A stretch of DNA of 64,000 nucleotides, from NCBI RefSeq assembly GCF_038025025.1, contig NW_027117340.1, positions 2,170,001-2,234,000 of the forward strand, read 5' to 3'. Positions 36,798-49,215 of this stretch are shown here, one piece after another. Each line of letters starts with the position of its first letter. Position 1 is the stretch's first letter. The position numbers and the translations under genes are program-made. This DNA comes from Phyllosticta citribraziliensis. Its lineage: Eukaryota. The notes beneath the pieces are model-generated. The model was not told the DNA's origin, made no database searches, and was given only the letters and a program-made list of their open reading frames with translations.

Positions 36798-38253
36798 ATG
36801 CCTTCGTTTTACTCCCTGCTCTCACTTGGCATCTTTGTCTACCCAGCACTGTCGACAGTTCACTTCCGACAAGAAATCCATCCCGGCCATGGAGGTCCTC
36901 CACCAGAGCGACTTTCGGAACCGCCCCCTTCAAATCAACATATCGACCAGCCTTCATCCTCACTCGCGCCTCCCCATCAAGACTCCGGCCGACAACGGCC
37001 TGTGTACGACAGGCCGCCGCACCAAGCCGCCGCCGTGATATATCCCGCCGACTCGCCCGCGCTCTCATCACCGGAACACGAAAACGAAAGCCACAGCGGC
37101 CACAGCGGCAGCCTGTTCACTCTTTGCCAAGAGACTCCGCTTTCCACAATCATCTTCGGCTCCATTACTGCCTTCAGCTCATCCAACGGCTTCCCCATTG
37201 CCAACTTCAGCGTTGCCGGCTGCACGAGCACACGGTCTACCCACGATCCATGGGCACCGGGTCTGGCGGCGTGTCAAGAGCTTGGTAATGAGGTGCGTCG
37301 GTGCCAGGAGCTGGGAAAGAAAGTCGTCTTGAGGATAGACGGAAACGGAGGTAGAAGTAGGGGTAGCGAGGGTCTGGAGGAAGGGCCGACTGACGGCACT
37401 ACCGCTCTACCCACAGACGTGGAGAAGGACGTGGCCGACGATTCGGAGCAATATTTGGAGTCAGGATCTGCACTACTACGGTTCAAAGACGCTCCGGACG
37501 CTAGGCGCGCTGCTCTCATGCTGTGGAAGTTGTTCGGGCAAGGGGATACACACGGCCCGGTCGGTGCGGATAGCATGCGGCCGCTTGGCGACGGAGTGTC
37601 TGTCGATGGATTCGATCTAGGTATGTCTTGTTCTCGCCTGCTCATCAGGCAAACTGTCTCATTGCGTCCCGGAGAGCGGGTGCTCCCACACTCAGTCACG
37701 GAAGCTTGGATGCAAGAGTCGAAGAACACCACTTACCTTCCCCTCAACTCTCCCCTATTCGCTCCTATTCACCTCGCACGGTCCGTCCGTCCGGCAAGGT
37801 AAATCCTGTGCTGACAAATCCCCCCTCACAGCACCTTTCCATCGCACCAGCAATACCAGCCCGTCTCAGGCGTATTTCTTTGCAACCTTTGCGTCGACTC
37901 TGCACGATCTGGCCCACCGGCGCAAGAACATCAAGCCATGCCAAATTTCTGCGACGCCGGCTTGCCTACCCGCGGCCTTCTTCTTTTTCCCATACAAAGT
38001 GGATGAGCTCCGTGAAGCCGTGGACGTTGTGTATGAGCCCGTAATGCGGACGCCGACAGACGATGATGAGGATGAAGAAGGCAAGCGCGAAGAGGGATGC
38101 GCCGGTAGATACAGGCGAGCCGTCGAGGAGGAGGATGAAGCAAGCAAGTTGTGGACAGCGTTGTCTGTGCCGCAAACGAACGAGGGAGAGGACGAACACA
38201 GTGGTGACGCTTCGGGGAGCGAAGGACAGGACAGAGACGAGTTGAAGGTGTAA
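36798..38253 (+). CDS. Secreted GH18 class III chitinase-like protein, probably catalytically inactive
   Basis: Signal peptide; FPIANF, VRRCQELGKKVVL, LWKLFG and RPLGDGVSVDGFDL; after predicted intron 37621-37831, QISATPAC; acidic tail. Confidence 0.72.
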
Positions 38254-39111
38254 TGGTCGACTCGTTACCGGAATGCATGGCACGGCATGGCGTGGCGCGG
38301 CATCCCAACCCTCTTTAGCAATTTCATTCATCTTGGTGTTTGCGGGGTCTTGGGAGGTCTTTGTTTGTTTGGCGTTCCAGGTTCTCGGAAGATGGGTGGG
38401 AATGTGTACATTCGAAGTTTGGGTGCAGCTGTGGGGACTGCGGTACGAAGCCACACTGTAAGCGCGGCTTCTTGCCTCGTCATTCACTACCCTGGCTGAT
38501 TATCGTCGCTACAGATATTCCGCTCTCGCTTGTATTTTGGATACTGATTCCAAATCAGCCTTCCTCGCTTGCTCTTATCATATCGGTGTGGGCGGAATAC
38601 GTCTCCAAAACCACATGACAATTGAAAACCATTTGAAGCAGACTATGCTTACCCACCGACGTTGTTGACAGTTCACCTGCAGCTGTGATGCTAGATTTGG
38701 GAACAGACGACATATCGCTTACAGCCGCCACGATTTGATTTCAAGACACAGATCAGTGGGACTAAAGCAGGTATATCGATAGAACCAGAATGCTGCTTCT
38801 GTATTTTTGTGGCCCAGGTTCTGAGTTTGTCAGCTGAGGGCTGAAGAGCGGAATTGGAGAAGCTGAGTGCACGCGCCGTGCGAGAGTATCGTCTCCAAAA
38901 ACATCACTCTGCTGACAAAAAGCCGGCGGTGCCATGACAATGACGACGACGCATTCCAGCCAGTAACCGAAGGAAAAGGTGGGTCTTATGCCAAACATGG
39001 CAATGTATGCTCGTGCGACACCACTCACTGTGTGGGATAAAAGAATCGCCATAATTGCTGGCACCAACAGTCTGGTCTTTACAAGTCGCAAGTTTTACCC
39101 CTCCACATACA

Positions 39112-40424
39112 ATGGCATCCATTGAGCAAACTTTCGAGCAGGCCTGCGCTTCTGGTGACTATCCAGGCGCTGTGCTCTTAGCCACCAATGCCGACGGTGC
39201 GAGACAAACCCTTTCCCATGCCCCAGATCTAGCACTGACTTCTAATGATCTCGTTCAGGAAGCTTCCGCTACGAAAAGGCCATTGGCAAACGCTCTTTAC
39301 ATCCAGGATCTGACAAACAACCCCTGGATCTACATACAGTCATGTGGATAGCGTCTTGTACCAAGCTGCTCGGAACCATTGCTGCACTGCAGTGCGTGGA
39401 CAGGGGTCAGCTATCCCTGGACGCCCCGGTCTACAACATACTCCCTGAGTTCAAGGATCAAGACATTATTACAGGTTTTGAGAATGGGAAGCCGCAGTTC
39501 AGGAAGCATACGAAACCTATGACGTTGCGGTGAGCAAGCACGCATTTTTCCAATATCAATCAGCCTTGACATGGACTGACTATCCCTAGACACCTCCTCA
39601 CACACTCTTCTGGCCTCAGCTATGAGTTCTTTCAACCATTGCTTATAAAGTGGCGAAATTCTCGCGGTGAACCTTTCATGCCAGGCTCCACCGTCGAAGA
39701 GCGCATGAACATTCCACTGCTCTACGAGCCGGGCACCGAGTGGAAATACAGCTGCGGGATCGACTGGGCGGGAAAGATGGTCGAGCGCGTGACGAAGATG
39801 CCGCTGGATGCATACATGCAAAAGCACATGTTCGCGCCGCTCGGAATCAAAGACATGACGTTCAAGCTGGACGAGCGGCCAGACCTGCAGGCACGCATGG
39901 CCGACATGATCGAGCGCGACGAGCAGACCGGCAAGCTGCGCCCAGGATCCTTGCCCGAGCTGACCCAAAACACCAAGGACAGCTTCGCTGGCCAGGGCAT
40001 CTACGCATCTTGGCCAGAGTACCTCAAGGTGCTGCAGAGCCTGCTGGCCAACGACGGCAAGCTGCTCAAGCCGGCGACGGTCGACTCCATGTTTGAGCCG
40101 CAGCTGTATCCATCGTCTCACACGTCGCTCAACACAAGACTTGACAACGACGAGCCTCAGAATGTGGTCAGTGGAAACTTTCCCCGGGGAACGAACCGTG
40201 ATTGGGGCTTTGGTGGCGTGATCAAGCTCGAGGAGCAGCAAGACTGGCGCAAATCCAACGTGTTGACCTGGAGCGGCTTGCCCAACCAGACATGGTGGAT
40301 TGATCGCGAGGCGGACGTCTGCGGTATCTGCGGTCCGATGATGCTACCCCTGGGCGACAAGACGGCGCAGGACTTGACCCAGTTTTTCAAGCTCGAAATA
40401 ACCAAGCTGGCCAGGGCGGCATAG
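39112..40424 (+). CDS. Beta-lactamase-fold serine hydrolase / LovD-like acyltransferase, three exons
   Basis: WIASCTK (SxxK), LLTHSSG, PLLYEPG..WKYSCGIDW and WSGLPN. Confidence 0.9.
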
Positions 40425-40678
40425 AGACTTTTTGGGTCTGGAGTCGAAGCTTGATTGGGAATTGCACTGCTTGGGGACGTTAGGGGTGATCCTCAACATA
40501 CATCAAATATTGGACCGCGTCGTTTTCATCCGTCGAAGGCAGTGCTTGAAGACAATATCTGCTCCTCGCTTCTCGAAAGACGAGTGGATTGGAAATTTCC
40601 ACTGAGCCATGAGAGCTAATCGCTTCGGATCTTCGAGCTCAAATTTTAATGGCTAGAGTCAAACCCGCCGTTCACTAT

Positions 40679-40892
40679 TACAATGGGTGTTGAAAGTAGT
40701 AAGACCCCCTGGGTCAAGCTGCCGCAACGTACAACTGCTTCTTAAGTGTTGCCATAACATTTTATGGATGCCCCTTAGACAAAGCCGTAGCAATATATGA
40801 ATGCTCCTTAGAGACAGCTATAGCAGCAAATGAATGCTCCTTAGACGCATTTGTTTTGCTAGGAGGCCTCATTTCTTTCGACATCTACTATG
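40679..40892. mobile_element. MITE-like element, copy 2 (214 bp, transition-eroded)
   Basis: TACAATGGGTGTTGAAAG ... ATTTCTTTCGACATCTACTATG. 33-bp repeats at 40766, 40799 and 40832. Colinear with copy 1. Confidence 0.8.
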
Positions 40893-41207
40893 CTGATGAT
40901 CAAACAACATGACGTCTTTGTGAATTCGGCCGTCATAGGGCATCAGTGCAGAACCCCTAGATCTTCTTAACCCCTTAATGCTCCACAGTCCATCAAGTAA
41001 CACGGTACCTAAGCTAAATGCACAGAATGCACTGAAACAAAGAAATGAACAGCAGTCTAAATATTCTGGGTCGAGGCAGTACAGTCCGAGCACTTTGCTC
41101 TGATCCGTCGGCCTAGTCACATCTTTGATGTATTACAGCAATGCTCAGAACACGGCTGTGCCTGGGAATTTCAGGGGAATGGAACAGGGGCGGTGGGAGG
41201 TATTTAT

Positions 41208-41453
41208 ACTTGCCGTGATCGTGAAAAGGTCCTAGCACACATCTTCACGGCCCAGTCAAGCTCGTGACCCGGAATGTTATGCGGTTCCATTGACTTGCCG
41301 TGATCGTCACAAATTCCCATCACACATGTCATTCAGGGGGCAGTTGAGCGCGTGGCTTGAGATGTCATGCGGTTCCATCGACTTGTCTGTCACACAGGTT
41401 ATTCACGGGTCGGCCAAGTGCGTGACCCGACATGTCATGCGGTTCCATTGACT
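41208..41453. repeat. Three degenerate 70-88 bp direct repeats
   Basis: ATGTYATGCGGTTCCATYGACT at 41274, 41362 and 41432. ACTTGCCGTGATCGT at 41208 and 41293. Confidence 0.85.
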
Positions 41454-42914
41454 GGGCGGGCCTGGAAGTATAAAATGCTTTCCAGGCCCCCTTGAATCTT
41501 GTGAGCCCACTCCTGCCAACGACGCGCGGTTTCGAGAGAAAACGACCCCTGGAACGGACTGGCTGTGTCTTGCCCTTGCGTTGGAATCACCACACACAAG
41601 AAACCTTTGACTTTCTCTTTTCCAGTTCGCTCTGTATGCTGTAAACATTGGAGAATAAGCGCATGTCCATCACGATCTGTTAATGCCTACCAGTAACATC
41701 GGACGTTGATGCCATCCGCCTTGATGTCTCCTCAATCTTGTTTCTCAGACCAACTCGACAAAGATCTTGGATGGCGGACGCGGAAACACGAAACGCGCAG
41801 CTTTGGCTTGCTGAGTGAACTCCCCGCCGCTCACGGTCCGCCGCCCTCCATGCCTCCGCCAACGTCTCCTCTTCCACTCCACCTTGCGCACGAATGCTCC
41901 CTGTGCTCCGCCAACCAAAACCAGCCACTCAGAATTTTCCTCTCCGCTCCACCCACGACCACGCCCATGCCCGTGCATGCGACCCTCCACTTCCGCCCGA
42001 GCAACATCTCGGACCTACGGGCCTTCGGGCCTTCGGCCCCGCTCGGTCTTCGCCGTAACACCGAGCCCACCACCACTCTTCACGGCCCAGCTCCGCTACT
42101 CCTGCTAGCCAAAAAGGTTCTTGATTGGACCATGCCCCCTCTTCTCCTCTTCTCCTGTGGTCTCCGCTCCTCTCCGCCCCTTCAGTCCGCGGAGTAGGAG
42201 ACAGCCAGACGGCAGATGCCGTGTCCGCTGTATGGCAAGCAAATCACTTCGATGTCCAGCCTTCTCGCCCGCCGGTCCTCTCAGAACACGCGTGCGACCG
42301 CGCTCCCTGCCAAATTTGCTCACTTACTTCCTCACTGCCCGTGTCATGGCGTCCCGTCCGGTCCGTCCACTCATTGAGATCTGCCCGAGACACGGGGAGG
42401 GTGCGGGTGCGGGTAAGCTTAAATGGACGACAAGTGGACGAGGCGAAAGTCGGTCGGTCGAGAACCGCTGCGAAATTGGATGAAGCGGTACGGCTGGACT
42501 TGCTTGAGTGAGAGGAGTGTTGAGCGTTCAAGCAATCAGAAGTGACTTCTCTTCTCATGGGACAATTGGTCAGTGAGCTTCTTCAATCACGGCGAGTCCA
42601 GTGAATCATGACGTCCTGCCTCAGTTCAGCAATACGCCGTCGATGGTTGCCTGTTTGTGCGCCAGCAAGAAGGATCAATAATGGGAAGGGGAACTATCGT
42701 GTCTCATCCTATACTCGCCAGCCGAATGCGAATAGCGCGCTAGCCGAAATGATGCAGCCCGTCCGCCGCTGCACCCTGCTAGCCCATCATGAAGCATGTA
42801 GGGGTCGTTGTAACAAAAAAGGAGAATACTGAAAAGGAATACACGAAAGCGCAAGAAAGAAGAAGAGGTCTAGGACTGAAGGAAAGAAGCTGTCCGCAAA
42901 ACGCCACAGTATGG

Positions 42915-44496
42915 CTACCACAGCACCATCAAGCTACCACCAAACAATCCCGCAACGATGATAGCAAAGCCGCTCATAATGAGCTGCAGCGGCAATTGCG
43001 GAGGCAGCTGGCCCGTAGCCAACCCCACCACGGCATATATTTCCTTTTGAGCCGCCATGCCAAACTCAAAAGTAGGGAGTGCGGAAGTGTAAGATGTGTT
43101 GACAGGGGGCGAGTAGCTGGCGACGTCGACGCCCTTCGCGGTCGCTGTAACACCAGGGATAGACAAGTTGGTGATTTCCTCGACGTGTGAGTCGTTGGCA
43201 TAAGGTTTCGTAGGGGCGAGTGCAATGATATTCTTGTGCAAATCGTAGACGACGTAGGCTGAGCGCAGGAATGTATCGCCCAGAATGACTGGGCCATTGC
43301 CAGCTCTGTCGATGCCGAGTTTGCAAATCGGTACCTTCTTGGGCTCTTTGAGTTGTGGCGCAACATTCGGGAGACTTGCGAAGGGGATCACGAGGTCCTC
43401 AAAGGGGACGGCGATTGTGGGCCCATTGGTGCCGCCAAAGCTGAACTTCATGGAAGCGCCTTGCGAGCCTAGCGCGCAGGGAACCAGCCACACATTTCCA
43501 TTTTCGGGGTTGAAGGCACCAACACCATGGAGAATCCGCGTTGCAAGGTCGTCCGGAAGTGAGGTGATGGTGCTTCCGCTGTCGAGTGAAGCGGGCACGG
43601 TGAGATCTTGCTGGTCGTACACCTTCTTGCCAGACTTTTCTGTGACAGCCAAACCTGACAATGCAACGGTGAATCTGTCGTAGAGCCCAGTGTCCCTCGA
43701 GCGCACAATGGGCACTGAAATAAGATCTCCTTGGAATTTTTCAGTATCAACGCCCCCAAAAAGAATATTTCCAAACTTGGCGTCTGGAGCATTCATCAGC
43801 TTTCAATGTCGTAGCTTAGATGCTGTAGCTCGTCTCACCATCATCATTCAGCCAAAGACTGTATGCGAGGCTCGATATGTGTCCCCTTTCCAGCAATTGC
43901 TTTGGGACGTTGGGATACGTGTTGCTGGGGTCTTTCCTCGCTGAGACTTCTAGGGCCTCGTATCCAATTCCCATGATACCACCTTCAGTGTCTGGGGTCA
44001 TTCGGGTCCCGGTGAAGTTGATGCCCAGACCCATGGTCAGTTTCGTAATATTGAGTCCGCCCATATTCAACGTGTCTGAGAAGTAGATGCCCGTGACCCC
44101 GGCGCCATCCTCATACAAGGTTTCGAACTCGCCTCTGGTGGAAAGTTCCTCGAAGGTCGAGGAGAGCTTCTTTTCAAAGACGCCATACTTGCAGCCGGTT
44201 CTTTTGCATTCGTTGCTGAGCCTGTCAGGAAGCCACGTGTCGGAGCTGCCGGTGTCGAGATGGAGCTGGAATGATCTGGGAGGCGTGCCGACGCTGACAT
44301 TGACGTTGTATCCCCAACGCTCGTTTTGGAGCCCCAATTGCACGGCTTCACGGCGGGCGAGTGGCGGTAGCTGGGACACGTCTTTCTTGGTCCTGGTGAA
44401 GGGAAGACCAACGACCTTTGGTTGCGGCGCGTCGGCTGCATGAGCGACAGTCGCGACGGCCGCCAAAATGGCAAACAAAGTGGCCGTAGAATGCAT
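42915..44496 (-). CDS. Secreted, probably GPI-anchored aspartic protease (A1, yapsin-like)
   Basis: Signal peptide, LDTGSSD and LDSGST catalytic motifs, AYSLWLND, ILGDTFLRSAYVVYD, hydrophobic C-terminus. One intron. Confidence 0.93.
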
Positions 44497-45578
44497 CGTA
44501 GACGACTGGAAGGGGGATTGGGTGATACCGTGTTGGGAAGAGGACAGAGCAAAGCCTGCACGAAAGTGTCGGGAAAAGAATAGCGGAAAGACTGGCGATG
44601 ACCGCGTCGGGGAAAGACAGCAAAAAGATGAAGACAACGGTATCGGGAAGAAGAGGGAGAAATCCTGCAGACGTTCATGAACACTTGATCAGTGCTTCGG
44701 GCACACGTCCGGCAAGCGCAGCAGAGGTCGAGGCTGAGCAGTCGAGAGGCACAAAATGACAGGTGCTACTAAGTCGAAGCTTGATCCTCACTTGCCCTTT
44801 GAAGCTTGACCCGGCATCACTTTCTCGTCTCCATAGCCCAAATATTGGCAAGCGTGTGGTGCATCTTGCGTAGACCACAGGTCCACAGGTCCGTGAACGT
44901 GATCTTCTTCTGCGCCCGTTCTGCTTCCAACTAAGCATGCTCTCGAATACACTTCATGCCTCCATTTCGTCTTGTGGGTGTTGGCAAGCGCACCTGACGT
45001 GGATATCGCTGATTCGAGAATAGTCCGAGGGAGGAAGTCGAGGAATGGCGATCAACGGGAAAGAGACGCGAACTGCCCGCATCGCAGGAGCAAGACATGT
45101 CATCGACATCATTGGCTTCCAAACTCACCCATCCCCAGCCCGTGCTGCCGCATAGGTATGGTCTTCGCAGACAGACAAAGGAGGTGCGTGGATGGGTGCC
45201 GAAGCTGCATTTGGGTGATTGAGCATGTGCTGCGACACGTGCGCATGCTGTTTTGCAGTTCGTTTGCCGCAGTCTGCACGCCGAACATTGGTCCAGTCAA
45301 TTCTCGAGTCAGCAGCTCCTGGCGCAACAATAAATCTTCCTCGCCTGCTGCATGCGCAAGGCGAAAATGTCCTTTACGCTTCAATCGTGTTGAGACCAAC
45401 TTCAACCATTAACGAGGAGTCGCTCTATGGCGAATGCTTGCCGGCATTCCCCAGGTCCTTTGGAAGCGGCGCGAGAGGCCCGAATGCTTGACAATGTTCT
45501 GCCTGTGCGTCCACACAGCTCGGTGCAATATATTCTTCTCTGGCCGACCAGTCATCGCTTCATCACACAACGATGGTT

Positions 45579-45727
45579 GTGGTGGGTGTCAAAAGGAATG
45601 AGAACTCCCTGGATCCATCCGTGGCGAGCGACAGCTCCCTAGGTGCAGCCATGATAGTGGATGGCAGACCAGCTGTGGTGGTGAAAGAAGGCTCCTGAGG
45701 TGTGCTGTTTACTTCGACACCCACCAC
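45579..45727. mobile_element. MITE-like element, copy 3 (short class, about 150 bp)
   Basis: GTGGTGGGTGTCAAAAG ... CTTCGACACCCACCAC inverted ends. Internal GCTCCCTAGGTGCA shared with copy 4. Confidence 0.7.
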
Positions 45728-47679
45728 TGCGAGGCAAGGAGGCGGGCAGTGAAAAGAGACGCGTAACCAGGCCGACAGGGTGGCCAACAGGGCAGGCAGA
45801 TGGGTGTCCTGAAGGTGGCAGTTGACGCGAGTGCCGTGCCACAGACGCGACGACACAACGCGACGCCTGTTGCCCCGTCGGCGTCGTTATAGGCAATTTT
45901 CCCCCGGCGGCAGAATTGTGCAGTTGCTCATTGGAGGCTGCGAATATCGACCGAGGGCAAATTCAGGTCGATCGGCGCAATTCGTGGTTGATCTTGCCTG
46001 AACAAGGACTCTTTTTGAAAATTTCGACCCCAGATGAAGCATGGCCAATTTGTTGCGGGTTGCCGGATAGGGCGAGCTGTCGAGCTGTCGAGTGTGGCGT
46101 TGACATGACGATGGCAGAAGAGGCGTTATGTCAAGATGGAGTGTTCATTGCTCACTGAAGATGAATTTGCGAGTAGGTGCCCACGCCTGATGACGCACCA
46201 ACACCAAGATGCCTCGTGTAAGATGGAGCTGGATGAAGCTTTGTGCGAAGCTCCAGCCCTGCTGCGAGATTAGGTTTCCAGACCCCTGCTACCCGTTGCT
46301 GTCTTCTTGGCGCCAAGTCTTTAAACCTCCATCAGAGCCTCAAAGTTCGTCATTCTTCCAAGGCGCAGGCTGTTGGCTTGATGGGGTTTGGCTTATGGAA
46401 ATGCTTAAAGAAGCACAAGGTCCGAAAGACGCGGTGGAACGCAGCAAAGGTGCTGGATAGGCAGGTAACGAAGAGGACGAGGACATTGCGCTATGAACAT
46501 GCTGCGCAACAACGTGACGGCTTGCGACGACTTTCTTCCTGTTGCAGTCGGGCCCGTTCGCGGAATCCATTGCATCGCCGCCCCTCGTTATCACTTCCCC
46601 GGTTTCCGAGGAGTCGACGGCCCATGTGGGTTGCCAACACCGTGCAGCCCACGTACCTATTTTCTACTTTCTGAGACGTGCAGCCCGGAGGCCGCGAGGG
46701 CGACAGGCATTTGACAGAACAAACGAGGCCTCCCCCGCCAAAGATTTGGATTGATTATGAATGAATGGTGCATGATTTGACGAGAAAAGAGGGGGCTCAA
46801 AAGAAGAATGACAAGCACCTCACCGCCACGCGTGTCGGTTGGAAGAGCCTGGAATATAGACGACGAGTAATGGCCAGGATCTAGCACAGAAACAGCGTAG
46901 TTACATGACTTGTTTGTTCTCTATACATCAAGCGCGCCCCCAGCTTCAGGCACGGGCTGTGTGACCTGGCGCAGTCGAGAGTCCAGAATCCTTTTGACAG
47001 GTTTCACAGCCATGCCGGCACATGGGAGGTTAGCAGGCCGCGTCTATGGTCGGCACTTTGGGATGCTTGAGATTCGGGAAGGAACCGGATTTGCGAATCA
47101 GAAACTCGGACCAGTGCCGTTACACGCGTCAGCTAGAGTTGAAAGCCGTGCTATTGGTGGTTTTCGACGCCCCTGAAGGGCACTGTGGAAACAGTTTGTG
47201 ACGGTGCCTGCCAAGAAGCGGAGCCGCTCACTGCTAGCAGGGCTTGGCGGACGCGTGGCCTGTGAAGCATTGAAACATGGCGACAGCGAGAGGTCAATTG
47301 TAGCCGTGGAACTTCCAAGCGGAAATCTTGCTGATGGGACAAATCAGACAGCGCCATTCTGCTTTGCCAGTGGGTCCCGTCACACCTTACAGCAGCCATA
47401 GCGCGACTGCACCGCTGCCCGAGTCGACGACTGCGTAATCACCTTCCCATTGATTGACCAGCGCTGTCGATGCAGAAATGCTTGGACCGGATGGCGGTAT
47501 GGACGTGTGGAATTGAGGCGGAGAAGCAGTGCGACTGTTGCAAAAGGAGGACGAATGCTCCTGATGTGCTCCCGTATATAAGGCCGGGGCGACAATCCAA
47601 GCTCTTCTTGTAGACAGCACAATCATTCCAGACTTGAACTCACCTTGATACCCATACTCATCTTTCACTCTCTCCAAAA

Positions 47680-49215
47680 ATGGTCCGTCTTTCTGCTGTT
47701 GCGGCCCTCGCGGCCCTCTCGACTTTGGCTGCGGCCCACCCCGAGCCTCACCACAACCATGCCATGGTCAAGCGCGAGGTTGACTACCGTAATGACCTCG
47801 CCAACAAGCAGACTCGCTCTCTTGAGAAGTGTGCTGGTTCGCAAAAGATGAAGAGGCACCAGCAGCGTGCCGTCGAGCGCCGCGCTGCAACTCTTCAGCG
47901 CCTGCGCAAGGAGCGCGGTGTCTCCGACAAGAAGATCAAGCACCGCCGCACTGTTGCCGATCTCCAGGCCTTTGAAGAGGTCAACCACAACAAGACGGGC
48001 GTCGTCTCGACCGATGTTGAGGCCAACTCCCTGTTTGGCGCCAACACCAGCTGCATTCTCACCCCTGAGAACACCATTGGCCCCTACTTTGTCACTGGAG
48101 AATACGTCCGCTCCGACGTCACTGAGGGCCAAGCTGGTGTCCCCCTGCATCTCGAGATGCAGTTCATCGACACCAACACCTGCGAGCCTCTGCCTGACCT
48201 CTTCATTGACATTTGGGCGGTAAGTGATTCCCGAACCTGTGCTTCTCAGCGTGGGCTGATGTCTTTAGTGCAACTCCACGGGTGTTTACTCCGGTATCGA
48301 TGCTTCCAGCGGCCAAGGCGGTCTGAATACGACGTTCTTGCGTGGTGTCCAGGAGACCAACAGCGAGGGTCTCGCCACCTTCGACACCGTCTTCCCGGGT
48401 AAGTCGAAAGGATCCAGCACAACGGATGAGGCAAGAATTGGAAGCTCCCAGGTGCACTCAGAGATGTAGTCGACGACTGCTCCCTAGGTGCACCCATGGT
48501 GATGTGGCGAATGACTGCTCCCAGCTACAATGCCAGGAGCCACCATTTTTGTCAACACCCACTGTGAGGTCCAACTGAACCTTTGCTAACAATGCCATCA
48601 AGGTCACTACGAAGGCCGTGCTACTCATGAGCACGTCGTTGCCCACGTTGGCGCTAAGCTGTTAGCCAACGGTACCTCGACCCAGGGCACTGTTGCCCAC
48701 ATCGGACAGCTCTTTTTCGACGAGACACTCCGCGAGGCCGTCGAGGCCACTTATCCGTACAATACGAACACCATTGACGTCACTACTAATTTGGCCGATA
48801 TGTGGGCCCCATATCAAGCTGAGAACAACTACGATCCATTCCCGGAGTTCGTCTACGTCAACAGCGAAAAGATTGAGGGTAAGTTTCGATTTTCTTCCCA
48901 GGGGGTTGCAAAAGACGGTAACTCCGGGGTTCAGCCGGCTACTGCCGGACTATCAGGGCTTCTGTTTCTTCTGCGATCTCCTGTTCCTCTTTTGTGGAAG
49001 GGCCTTGCTAATGGTGCCTTGCAGATGGTCTCCTGGCCTGGATCTCGATTGGTGTCGACAGCACTGCCAACCGCAACACCAACGCCACCAACGCTGCTTA
49101 CTACGATGCTGCCGGTGGCCATGACAGCGGCAAGAGCGTTGCCGGCGGTGGTGGCAGCGGTTCGGCCCCCAGTGGCTCGGCCCCGGCGGGTGCCTCGGGC
49201 ACTCCCTCTGCCTAA
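47680..49215 (+). CDS. Secreted intradiol ring-cleavage dioxygenase-like protein; introns 48220-48268, 48399-48602 and 48879-49024
   Basis: Signal peptide, CILTPENTIGPYF, WACNSTGVYSG, FPGHYEGRATHEH (Tyr/Tyr/His/His iron ligands retained), HIGQLFF, G/S-rich tail. TATATAA near 47576. Confidence 0.9.
48418..48566. mobile_element. MITE-like element, copy 4, inside intron 2 of the dioxygenase gene
   Basis: Right end TCAACACCCACTGTG, degenerate left end CACAACGGATG, internal GACTGCTCCC repeats and TGCCAGGAG as in copy 1. Confidence 0.65.

Noticed and set aside
44931..46754. Short ORFs between the aspartic protease and dioxygenase genes
   Set aside because: No recognisable motifs or consistent splice structure; a decayed gene cannot be excluded.
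47161..47188. Possible solo end of the MITE family (TTTTCGACGCCC..CACTGTG)
   Set aside because: Short interrupted match with no partner end.
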